A stretch of DNA of 61,162 nt, filler included, from Sphacelaria rigidula (Eukaryota): NCBI GenBank assembly GCA_964200075.2. It is 7 parts of 7 records of this genome, joined end to end, with 100 filler letters (N's around TTAATTAATTAA, not from the genome) between each part and the next. Parts side by side here need not be neighbours in the genome. Positions count along the whole stretch, not along the records: positions 26,259 to 34,909 come from CAXNAA020010479.1; positions 35,010 to 43,660 come from CAXNAA020010480.1; 5 more parts are not named here. One strand, 5' to 3'. The position numbers and the translations under genes are program-made. The notes under the pieces were generated by a model, which was given only the letters and a program-made list of their open reading frames with translations, did not search any database and was not told the origin of the DNA. Positions 26,481 to 37,300 of this stretch are shown piece by piece. Within the stretch, counting starts at the first letter, position 1. The number at the start of each line of letters is the position of its first letter.

Positions 26481-28320
26481 GAGGCTATAGCGCCATCACT
26501 CTTGTGCGACAAATCGACGTCGAAAATACACCGTGCGAGGTTATGTTCCCTGACCTTTGCAAACAATTCGAAGAGCTTTGGTAAATCCGAGCTGACCTCC
26601 GTGTCGAGGTAAGTTGGGCTATTTTCCAAAAAACAGTGAAGAAGAAACAAAGAAGACAACACACATCGTGGAAAAAACGAGGGCTATTTCCGCACAAAAC
26701 TACTCTCACAGCGTGCGGAAACACAAGTATCGTCCGGTACAAGCGTCAGGATTTCATCATCACGTGCTATTTGTTTTTAAGCGATTTGACCGATTGATTG
26801 TTGCGGTCACTGAAGTACCGCTGCACGAGTCACGCGTATCCACTGAACGGCTTATTGGTTGATTATCGCGAAAATACCGACCCGTTGCGACTTCAGCCGT
26901 CGTCGCAAGACATCGTATACGAGCTGCAGGCAATGTTGAACTGACTTACCTCCGTGTGAAGATACTGCATTGCTTTGACGGACGTGTGCCGCGATCAGTA
27001 CCGGTTCTGGAACCTGGCGACCTTTGAGTGAAATCTAAGCGTTAGTTCATCTACCCGAGGTCCCGGCAATTCCATCCGAGACCGCAGGATTTCCGCGACC
27101 TGTTCAGCACGCCATATCCTTGCTCGCTATATTCATCGCGGACTGATGTTTGCTTCGACGCATACTTGAAAATTTCCCTGAAAAACGAGGAGCAGCTTCT
27201 CACCTGGTAACGCCAAAAGTCGTCAACGAGAAGCGATCTCGACACCCAAAGCTCATCTTTTGACACCGAAGGCCGCTAGCTAGAAGCGATCTCAGCACAA
27301 AGCACAGTTAGGTACGCGAACACAACACGGCATCTAGTGTGGGCACAAACATACCGTTCGCTTGGGGTCCACATATACCGTTCGCTTGGGTCCCCCTTCA
27401 TGTCTTCATACAGCACCCCTACAACGTTTTTCCCTTGCACGCAAATACCTTGCTCAGAGATCTCTCCTCGAACATTTGATAAATTGAACGCATCGTCAAC
27501 ACCTGTGCGCTTGGCAACGAAGACAGGGTGGCACATACAACGATGCCCAAATAGAAGAGGAGTACATACACACACGCGCGTGCCCACAAGCACCGTTGAC
27601 GAACACATACTCCCGGACAAAAACCACTGTGACAGGCTCCACTGAACGCCGCGGCTTGTCTGAGAATGCTTGCGCTGACCACCGGTCTTCCGGAGATAAT
27701 GGTGTCTTCGTCCGCTATCCCGGCCCTGATTGACGGCCTATCGCAGAGCTCCAACGCCATGAAGAGTGTATGTGGCGGTAAGAAATTTCGGGAATGTTTA
27801 CTTCTCGTGCTTTGGGTCATGTCCGATGCAAGCTTCGTGATTTGACGAAGTCCGATTTGAACCCGGATCCGGATTCGCTCTCTACTCTCCGGCTTTTGGT
27901 TTGTTTTCGGTCCACACACACACACACACACAAATCGTTCATTTCTGGTGTTTGCATTACATTGTTGTTGTTGCTGTTGATGTTATCTTCACCCTAGAAG
28001 CCGTTCCGATATATGTCCAGTACTTCTATTTTTGTACTGGGAATCTGTTGCGGGCGCCTTCCATTGTCACAGGTACTTTGCCGTACGGCCCGTATTTCAA
28101 GGGCATTTCGGCTTGTCTTGATTTTTCCTGTCTTTTACTTTGAGTTTCATTCATCCGTTCGTTTGTCATGAGGGACGGGAGGGGGTTGTACTCATGATCA
28201 TGCATGCCATAGTCATCTGACCGTTGACCTCCCAAAGACGGGAGGGGGGGGGGCTGTATTCATCTCGCTGGTTGGTTGCTCTCTATCTCGCTTTCATGCG
28301 ATTTCCCACCAAATAAACAG

Positions 28321-28433
28321 GGTGTCTGGTCACCATGGCGTTAGCCGACGAGGAAGCTTGTCCTGAGATGGTCGACTTTGGGATCATGTCGCCGCTTTTG
28401 GACCTCGTCCGCGCTGGCGACCAATCTAGGGAG
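28321..28433 (+). CDS. ARM/HEAT-repeat protein, exon (CLVTMALADEEACPEMVDFGIMSPLLDLVRAGDQSRE)
   Basis: CAG acceptor, GAG|GTACG donor; armadillo-like G-I-x-x-P-L-L-x-L-V pattern. Confidence 0.75.
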
Positions 28434-30759
28434 GTACGCACCGCTGATTGGTCGGTAGGTAGGTTGGTTGCTTGGTCGACTGGTTGATCGACGGATGGAC
28501 TTGTCGACCGATTAATTGACCGACTGATGAATTGTCCGACATAAAGTGATCCGCGACGAATCCAAGCGTGAAATGATCAGCTGGAAAACCCGACGCGATC
28601 ATAAGATATATGCGCCCAAGGCAGGTACGTAAATGAAACCTCTCGCCATCAATCGGGCGGAGCAAGGGCGAACAAGCAAGAATATTGAAACGAAATACCC
28701 TCCAATCCAGGCTGCTACACCGTGTAGCTCTCATCTGCTTCAACACCAGAGTAACGTTCGATATCCTACATTTCTAGTCGACCTTCTCTTCAGTCAGAAT
28801 ATCATTCGCTTGGGTGTACCCGTCCTCGAGTGTCATTTTCCAAACGTTTTCGATGTTCCCAGGGAAATCCGACCACCACGATAGGCTTAACTGCGCGGTT
28901 GTAGTTGAGTCACAGTTCGTGATGTTACGTCTAGCGCACACAGGTTAACTGGGGTGAAGAGTGTGATATCCCGTGAGGGCCAGGTGAGCTAGGAAACCAC
29001 CCGCCTAGCGCTTTGGGGAAACCCCTTCCTGAGAAGCTGTGTAAGGGACCGAGGTTGAGCACCCGCGGGGAACGTCAGGAATGTGCTCTCCACAAGACCC
29101 GTGTCGGTACAGATGAGCCTTGCGTCTCCGAAGATCTATCGCTTCGCACATGTTCTCGTACTTCCTCTGTCCCATAAGTGAAGTCTGTTATGATCACACG
29201 GACCCTTCACCGCGCCCCATGCCGTCGGTGATATTTTTTCTGGAATCTTCAGAGTTTTTTAGTTGAATCACGTCTTCTTTTTTTTTCTGTTTTTGCGCAG
29301 CAGCCAGCGTGCGCGAACGGCCGATGAACGATCAGTCGTCCCCGAAATGGCTATTTTTCGGCCCTTTTCCACAATACAGAGAAGAACCCTGGCAGCCCGA
29401 AAAACGGCAAAAATCGCGGGGAAAAAAGCATTACTGGCTCTCCTTCTCCATTCCATCGCTGGCATACGATAGCTACGCCTAGTCCGAAACCACTCGTTTA
29501 CATTGCAGCCTTTGATCACTTCAAAACAAGCCAAATTCATCGGAATTCGGCCGAAAATATACAGACTGGACAAAAATTGGTCGAAATTTGGCCATGTTTG
29601 ACTCAACGATTCTAAAGTTTTTTTTTTTTTTCCAGTGGCCATCTCCACAACTATATATAGGTTCAACGAACCTAACCATAACGTCGTGGGCACCTCCGTT
29701 GGCGAGGTACGGCCTATTCTCCACAACGGACTTCACTTATGAGACAGAGGAAGTCTTCCTATTGTCATGAGATCATGGCTGGAACCGGCTGGGGGATCAG
29801 TTAGAGTGTGACAGTCCACCAATCACTCAATGATCAGCGAGGTTTTCGTCTTTTCCAAAACGCAGGCATCCCGAGGTGCTAGCGTCAGGACTACCGTACA
29901 ACGTTTCAGGCAGGTCTGCTCCACAGAATTACAGATCTTCTTGAAGTCGGGAAAATGTTTCGTCGAAGAGAAATATTTCCTGAAAAATGTATCTTGTCCC
30001 CAACGCATGCTTGCAGTTCTAAAATTCCACGCTTTTTTGCACTGCGCACATACACACACACGGTTTTAAAGTAGACCTGCGCCTTTTTTGTACTGGTGTT
30101 AGAAGAGCACTGCAGCAGCACGTGTATTCGTTCATTGATGTATTGGCAACCGATGTGTTTGCATAGTCATCACGAAATACTGAAAAACTGTGGTGTCATG
30201 GTGTGCTCTTACAGAAGCATGCATATCACTTTTCGAAGGCGTTCTTCTAGCTTAAGAGAGTGCGTGAAGCTGGCTTCCATGTTTGAAGGGAAGATCAACT
30301 GTTATGGTTAACTAAACGTTTTGGTCGTAAAAGTGAAAAAAAAGAAAAAAAGAAAAGAGGGTGCTGCATTTAGAGCCGACAGTAGCAGAACCGCCGTCGC
30401 TGATACAACAGCAGGAACAATCTGCACTAAAAACGAGGTGAAAATGGTCAAGAGAGGGAGAAAGAGTGGTCCGCTCTGTACCTGACTACAGATAAAGCGG
30501 GAAAGGGGCGGTGGTGGGGAAACTCGTACCCCTGTCTTATATTATCGGTGGTGGGCTCCTGTCCTCAGCTTAAAAGTCCAGGTACCCTCCCTAGCTATGT
30601 TTCCTATGCGTACTTCGCTTTGTTTCTGGCCCCCTCCTCTTCGTTTCTCTTCCACATTTTCCTCCCTTTTGTCTTTCTTTGCTTTTTTTTTTTCCCCTCC
30701 CTCCTGTCTTCCTTCGCCTTTCCTTTTTTTTTTCATCTTTTTTTCTTTTCTGCTCCCGT

Positions 30760-30804
30760 GCTTCTCTGTCTCTTTGTCTCTTTGTCTCTTTGTCTCTCTG
30801 TCTC

Positions 30805-30835
<31 letters not shown>

Positions 30836-30895
30836 CTCTCTCTCTCTTTCTCTCTTTCTCTCTCTCTCTCTCTCTGTCCCTCTCCTTCTCTCTCG
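30760..30895. repeat. Compound (TCTC/TG/CT)n microsatellite
   Basis: Directly visible. Confidence 0.9.
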
Positions 30896-31885
30896 TTTTT
30901 CTCTCATGGAACAGTGTCGTTTTTCGTGCCGCTCCTTCTGCGCCGACGAACGAGAATTCCTGCCCCATTAGCACACCCCCCATACGGCTGTGTCACCACC
31001 TTCTCCCACGGCACTCTTTCTTGTACGGCCTCTTCACCTCGAGCCCTGACAACAGCCTGTCGGGGTTGTGTTCGAAACCCGGTGCTAGATCTTCGCCGAG
31101 TGCTCCATTTTTTAATGTCTTCCTTCTCCTTTTTCGCGTTTCGCTTTTCTTCAGTTTTCTCTGTTTCTACCCCTCTCCCTTACTTTTGTTTCTCCCCCCC
31201 CTTCTTCAAATTTTCTCCGGCGAGACTTTTCATATTTTCTCGTCTTGAATATGTCTATATTATGACCGCTGCTGTATTTGTAGCGGATCAGCTAGAGTGC
31301 GGCAATCTACCATTTGTGATGCCCCTCGTCGACGTTGCTCACGTGACAAGATGGGCCAGATGGGCTGTGTTGCGTTGGAACTACTAGCTCTGCTGTGCGG
31401 GAGGACGCCGCCATGCTTTGGCGAGTTGTGGTCCATGCCCTTCGACGTTTGACCGAGCACCAAGACGTGCGCGCATCGTTTCAAAACTCTAAACTTGTAT
31501 GTCATTATCCACGCTTGTAGGTGTAGGCCCAAGGTAAAACTTTTTGCGTCGAAAACCGCAGAAGCTCGTAGGCTGTAGCGCGAGTCATTCTGAGGTGGCG
31601 GAATCCGCCTGGCCGCCGTTATCACCTCTGAACGGACCATTGCCGAAGAGCACAAATACGTGCTTCTGGGGGCAAGAGATCGTTCACTACCTCAAGGAGT
31701 TACCTGACAAAGACAAGTGATAATTGCAGAGAGACTCGACCTCAGTCACAGTCTTTATGAAATCGCTTTTAGCTATGCCTGGCTTCGGCGGGTGCGTGTG
31801 TGTATGTGTGTCTACATGTATACATGTGTCATACATGTGTGTGTGGCTTACTCTTCAGTCTAATGGCGGCCATTGCGAAATACAG

Positions 31886-31990
31886 GTGACGGGATGGGGG
31901 GTGTTGGCAGTCGTCATGCGGGTGCCCGACGCCCGTGAAGCGTTTTTCCTCGCTGAAGGACTCGCTGACTTGAAGAGCATGCTCAGAAGG
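31886..31990 (+). CDS. ARM/HEAT-repeat protein, exon (VTGWGVLAVVMRVPDAREAFFLAEGLADLKSMLRR)
   Basis: CAG acceptor, GTAAGA donor; the only open frame; amphipathic ARM-like helices. Confidence 0.75.
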
Positions 31991-33296
31991 GTAAGATCGC
32001 TCGTAAACGCCGGCAGAAGGTCATGGTATTTCGCTGCAATCGTGCACCATGGCATCTTGCAGTCTTGACGCCGTCTTTACGTAATGCACGGAACAGCTTA
32101 AGACACTGATACATCACTTCCCCCCGCCCCCCTAACATTGCCGCGCAAAGGGGATAATCATACTACGTAGTGTTTAAGTGGTGAGACACCCATGAGGCAG
32201 TGTGTACGCCGTGGCTGTCTCTGACAGTGGTGATACCAGAAAATGAAGCGATTCATTAATGGCTGTTATCCAAATGCAAGATAATAAGTACGCTTCGGGG
32301 GGAACAATCATAGCAAGATACAGCTCACCCTTCATGCGACTCGCCGAACACACCACGGCGCTCCGCGCTTGATGATTGACTGCGAGCCTGGCCCGAGGAA
32401 AGCCCGGCGTGCTCCGTCGCGGCTTCGTAGGGATGCGAGGTCAGTGGTCATATGACTACGGCATGCAAGATCATCATTACACCCTTCCCCAATCTCGTAT
32501 CCTATACTAGGAGATAGATGGGATGATGGCCACAGACGGTAAAACAGGAAGGGAGTGTACTTATGATCTCGCATGCCATATTCGAATGAACATTGACCTC
32601 GGATACTTACAATAGCCAGGATGGAGCACGCCGGGCTTTCGCCGGACCAGGCTCGAAACAGCAATAGATTACGATATGTAAGAGGATGTTGTGTAATATA
32701 TGGAAGAATCGTAATGGACGCCCAAATGCTGGAGGTGTCTCCACATGGAGTAGAAACGGCGCTCCGTCTCAAAAGGGATGCGTGGTATAGAGTCAAACAA
32801 CTGAGGCAAGCAACAAATGACCACGTCCTCCAGCCCAACCTTGCAAGCTTGGTCTGGGAAAAACCCGGCATGCTCCGTCCCGGCTTCGTAGGGATGCGAG
32901 GTCAGTGGTCTTCTGCCTACACCACGCAAGATTATGAGCACACATACACCCCCCCCTCCCCCCCCGTCGCATCGGTATACCCACCATCGCAGAACAATAA
33001 TCGACGGGGAGGAGATCGATTTATCATGGTCTGCCAGGAAAATGCTATGCAGGTGACGCCAGTCTAAAACACACAGCAAATTCTCATGTCGCTCAAAAAT
33101 GGGTTGTGCGAAACATGTTCTCAGAGATATTTCAGCTTTGTTTTGTCTCGGGTACCTCTATCATATGGATAATGATCACAGCTGGATCATGACCTCCTGG
33201 GGGATCAGCTGAAGTGCGGCAATTAATCAATCATTGAATCAACCAATGGATCGATCAATCAATCGATCAATCAAATATTTGAAACAAAATTGCCAG

Positions 33297-33406
33297 GTAT
33301 TTCATCCGTCACTTGCGCGAACTCCCGCTCTCTGTCCGATTGTTTTGTCGAGACGGCATCTACGTGCTGCTGCTTGTTGCGTCGTGCTCGTTTGATTACG
33401 AAAAAG
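33297..33406 (+). CDS. Candidate exon of the same gene (ISSVTCANSRSLSDCFVETASTCCCLLRRARLITKK)
   Basis: CAG acceptor, possible GC donor AAG|GCAAAT; phase linkage to the previous exon is unresolved. Confidence 0.4.
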
Positions 33407-33627
33407 GCAAATACTTCAACCATCTCGGAAGGTATCTCTGCAGGCGATTTCGCCCTGATTAACATACGTCCCTAGGTAGAGGTAGGATTGGTCACCTGAG
33501 CTTACGTACTTACCACGATGTAGCCGAGGGTAAGGAGTATGACAAGAAACCAGCACGGAAAAAAAATAAAACCTAGAATGTTTCCATGTATGCTGTGATA
33601 TATGTACCTGTTTTTTCATCGTGAAAG

Positions 33628-33840
33628 GTTCTCCTGTGCATGTGCAAGGCCGAGGGAGAAGGTGAAGCAGGCAACGACGACCGCAGTACTGCCACTACAA
33701 ATCGCAATTTGAGCGGTGACGAAGCATCGCCGTTCAAGGATTTCGTGCCGGGGGAGTTCGTAGTCGACGAGGCGGTGTTTCAAGCACTGCTGCATCATTT
33801 GCACGGCGGAACTCCCGTGGCGATGTCGGCGGCAGCGGAG
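33628..33840 (+). CDS. ARM/HEAT-repeat protein, exon (...AEGEGEAGNDD...VFQALLHHLHGGTPVAMSAAAE)
   Basis: Coding-like GC-rich frame; ARM-like L-L-x-x-L-x-x-G-T-P-x-A-x-x-x-A-A; AAG acceptor (33628 or 33649); GAG|GCAAGG donor. Confidence 0.65.
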
Positions 33841-34551
33841 GCAAGGATCACGCCTGCAATAGCAGCCGGGTTTTATTGGTGGGCGTTTACAACAGTGCGA
33901 AAGTTCGTGTTTTGTTCACCTGTTTCCAGTGTTGAGTGAGGCCGACTGTTTTGATTTTTGCCCTTGGGATTCGATAGAACCTTTGCAGAGCCAAAAAGGC
34001 AGAGAGCGTGCCGGCGTTCTTTATGTTGTGTAAAGTCAGGTGAAGATTATTTTGGGACACTCGTCAGAGTTTGCGGCCAGTTGCCGCTGAAAATGTGTAT
34101 TTCGCTGCTAGGTATGGCCGTTGGCGCTGCGACTGTCCGGGAAACCCTAACGTTCAGGGTGGCACGTGGGATGGTGCTCACAGCGGCGAAGGAGCAACGA
34201 GGAGTTGAAACAGTGGGAAATACTCCCGATCCTTGAGTAATCTTACGCTGTAGAACACGTGACGGGTAGAGATTGCCCCGGGAATGTCGGCCGTCCGCCC
34301 GAACCGAACGACCGAGTTGTCAGGTGGAAGCAGCGCTCACAACGGACAGCGTAGGAAGACCGCACCATTCGGCTGTGTTGTGTTGAGCAGGGGAGGTTGC
34401 CGGCGGGCGACGTGATGAGCATGAAGAAGACACACACCCTCCAAATCTTTTTGTTGATATGTACACCCTATTCGGCCCCGGCGTGCCCAAAATTATTTTT
34501 TGGTTGATTGTGTGGTTTTCCTGCCTCTCCCTTACGATGACATTGTTTCAG

Positions 34552-34665
34552 GTGGTGAAATGTACGTCGAACTGGTTCTCGCGATCGCAGATAGATGCAA
34601 CCATTCCTCCCATTGTTGAAATGCTCCGCATGGATAGCTGGAGGCTCAGGTCTGCCGCTGCTCAG
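34552..34665 (+). CDS. ARM/HEAT-repeat protein, exon (VVKCTSNWFSRSQIDATIPPIVEMLRMDSWRLRSAAAQ)
   Basis: TTTCAG acceptor, CAG|GTGGG donor; HEAT/ARM consensus I-P-x-I-V-x-x-L-x-x-x-x-x-x-x-R-x-x-A-A. Confidence 0.8.
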
Positions 34666-35044
34666 GTGGGGATATACTCGCTAGCGATAAAGCAGCACGC
34701 CTTGGGAGGTGCGGGGGGCCAGGGGAGTGACGGGGAGGGAACTCGTAGTCGGACAGACATTCACAACTCCGTAGCAATATCGCCTGCAAGTTGCCGCTCG
34801 TTCGAGAGTTTCGGAAAACGCGTTTTTTTTTTTTTCCGTCGGCGTAGTTTTTTTGCCACCGTATTTACCTCACCAGGTTAACATTCTCAAACCCTTGACG
34901 TTCTTTTCTNNNNNNNNNNNNNNNNNNNNNNNNNNNNNNNNNNNNNNNNNNNNTTAATTAATTAANNNNNNNNNNNNNNNNNNNNNNNNNNNNNNNNNNN
35001 NNNNNNNNNCGAGACATATTTTTGTCCATAGCGCCACCTATTGC

Positions 35045-35170
35045 CTTGCACAAAAATTCGGCTATGTCACCCTTTTCGTCTGTCCATTGCGGTCAGTATG
35101 ATACCACATTTGTGTATATTGGCTGGGTATTGCGTTTGTCATCAGCCGGGGAATCTGAACCAGCTTGTAA
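35045..35170. repeat. Dispersed repeat shared, in inverted orientation, with ~60960-61104
   Basis: AAAAATTCGGCTATGTC.CCCT.TTCGTCT...CATTGCGGTCAGTATGATACCA is present in both. Confidence 0.8.
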
Positions 35171-35799
35171 GGCGATTGTGTTCACAGACCATTTCTGCAG
35201 GGACGAGCATACGCTCACACAATCTCGCCACATTATGCTCGGTTCATCACTACGCCACCCTACACATTTGCGACACCTTCACCTCAGAGATCAAGCTTGG
35301 GTTCTGGCAAATCCTGGCTCTGACCCTGAGTTTGAGGTTGTTCCTTATGGTCCGAGAAAAGACGGGGGAAAAGTACGAGTAGTGACGTTTCCCCGATAAC
35401 GTTTTTTTACGACAAAAGTATCCGAAACTGTTTCTTACGGCTAAGGGAACAGTTCGATTGGTGCTGCGCCAAGATGGGGGCGCCCGTCCACGTGAGATTT
35501 CCCGTAACCCACTCACTTTACGCAACCGCGCCTGCTGCACTGCACATGTTTCTACTGCATATGTATCATACAATGCCCTGTGCGGTTGTGCTGCGTACAC
35601 TGTACACTGTACGCTGTCGTTTGCACATGGCTGCATACAGCATACCGCAGGGGAAAGAAAGATATGGCTCTGAGGCGCCGCGTCGAATTTCAGGCGTTTT
35701 CGGCGGGCACCGCCGAGTTATATTTTGGAAATAGGCGGTTTGCCGCCGAAGTTAGTTGCAGCCACAGCCGGATGTATTGCGATTTGAGGCTGATGATAG

Positions 35800-36800
35800 A
35801 TAGGGCTGGGTTGCCGGGCCGATACTGCCACGGCAGACGTTTGTACAACGTATATTAACACATCAACCTCCTCACAGCGGATCCGAACGCGACCGATAAC
35901 CGGATTTCGTGTCGACTCTGTTGTTGCTGTGAAAAGTAGTATGTGGGACTTCTTCAATATCAATAAAATATAAGCAACAACTGTCATGCCCTGTGCGCGT
36001 GTGCACCAAGTAAGCGGCCAGACGCTCCTCGAATAAAAACCACGCCTTTGGAAGGTCGATAACGCATCAGAGGTGAAGGTTGTGCCACGCAAAATGGCGC
36101 AGCTCTCAAATTTCCTCCCTGGACAGACCTCTCTGACGATGGCCTCCGGCGGCCCGGCCCCTGAGGGGAGAACTACTTGCCGCTTGCGGCGGCCGCCGAA
36201 AGTCATCAGCATCGATCCCGGCGGACGCCATTTTTCCTCCCTAGTGTGCAGCTACGTGCTGCAGCTGCGTGGACTTAACTGTTGCACAGCGGTACTGGCT
36301 GCATGGTACTGCTACTTTATCGAGGACTGTGTCTTCTGTCTGCACTGTGAAGCTAGCACCGAAAAAGTAAGGGCACACATGATGATGGGAGGGATGGCAT
36401 AGTTGGTGCCCTCTGTATAGTGACTACTGCACAGTGCCACCGTATAATCCAACGAACAGCACACCGAAGCAATTGATATTCACGCACTTGCTAGCATGGA
36501 TCATTGCTCAATTCAACAACGAATTCGACGAAGTTGCTCTTGATCATTACCATGTCCACAAGCTTCACCCTTTGACCGCCAGATCTGTTATATCGGCCTC
36601 AGTTCACTCGACAAATTAGTCCGAGACCCAGATGACCTACCCTGGCGATTGAAGGGTACGCCGACACGTCAACTGTCATTTTCGGTGCAAGAATCGCACC
36701 CCCGTACCACGCAAGCAACGTATAAGCACCTACGCACCATCGTCGCACTCTCGTGTAAGGCTTCGATCAAGTACGCGGTCTGTTGCAGGCCGAAACAGGT
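35800..36800 (+). pseudogene. Decayed Fanzor2/IS607-TnpB-like nuclease relic, copy A
   Basis: KVISIDPGGRHF (36199-36234, RuvC-I-like); DLLYRPQFT/DKLVRDPDDLPWRLKGTPTRQL (36582-36675); CHFRCKNR (36674-36697); weaker R-x-x-YN near 35835; multiple frameshifts and stops. Confidence 0.55.
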
Positions 36801-36899
36801 GCGTGCTCGAGGATGTGTGACAGTAGATGATTAAGTATAGTAACCGCGGTGGAAGATAGTGCCAGCCTCGAGGTTTGCGCGACAAGTACCCAAAAATAA

Positions 36900-37300
36900 C
36901 GTTGGTGCAAGGGCGCGATCGATATGGTTACATCAAGAGCATGCGGGGCACGCCGGCATTCGCTTGTCGAGAAAAATCGACACTGGCAAGGTCATCGCTG
37001 GGGGTGTTATATTCCGTCACCTACGATACGCATGTGTTACCAGGAGACAACGCGGAGCCGTGGCGAGTATAGGCAACAACTTGACCAGCTTCATGTGATG
37101 TTCGTTGTTTGCTCAAGAACTTCACACGTGCCATTCCTCGATCGATCCTGTACGGTATCGGGACCGTCAATTTTGTACGCTTTCGTAGTTGAGGAGTTTG
37201 GCGAACGGACAAAAGTGGAGGCGGCAACGATTTCTGGGGCTCACCGGTGTACTGACGACATCTAGACCGGGATCGTTTGGGAGATCTAAACATTTTCGAT
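36900..37300 (+). pseudogene. Decayed Fanzor2/IS607-TnpB-like nuclease relic, copy B (C-terminal half)
   Basis: HAGIRLSRKI..HW/KVI (36949-36996); VIFR/TYDTH..EPWRV (37006-37069); RCLLKNFTRAIPRSIL; GGGNDFW; HLDRDRLGDLNIF (37259-37297, RuvC-III-like). Confidence 0.6.

Noticed and set aside
30548-31387. 279-aa ORF and overlapping ORFs
   Set aside because: Produced by CT/GT microsatellites and pyrimidine tracts that lack stops.
36895-36935. NNVGARARSIWL as the RuvC-III motif of relic A
   Set aside because: Lacks the catalytic DRD; the motif at 37265-37297 fits much better.
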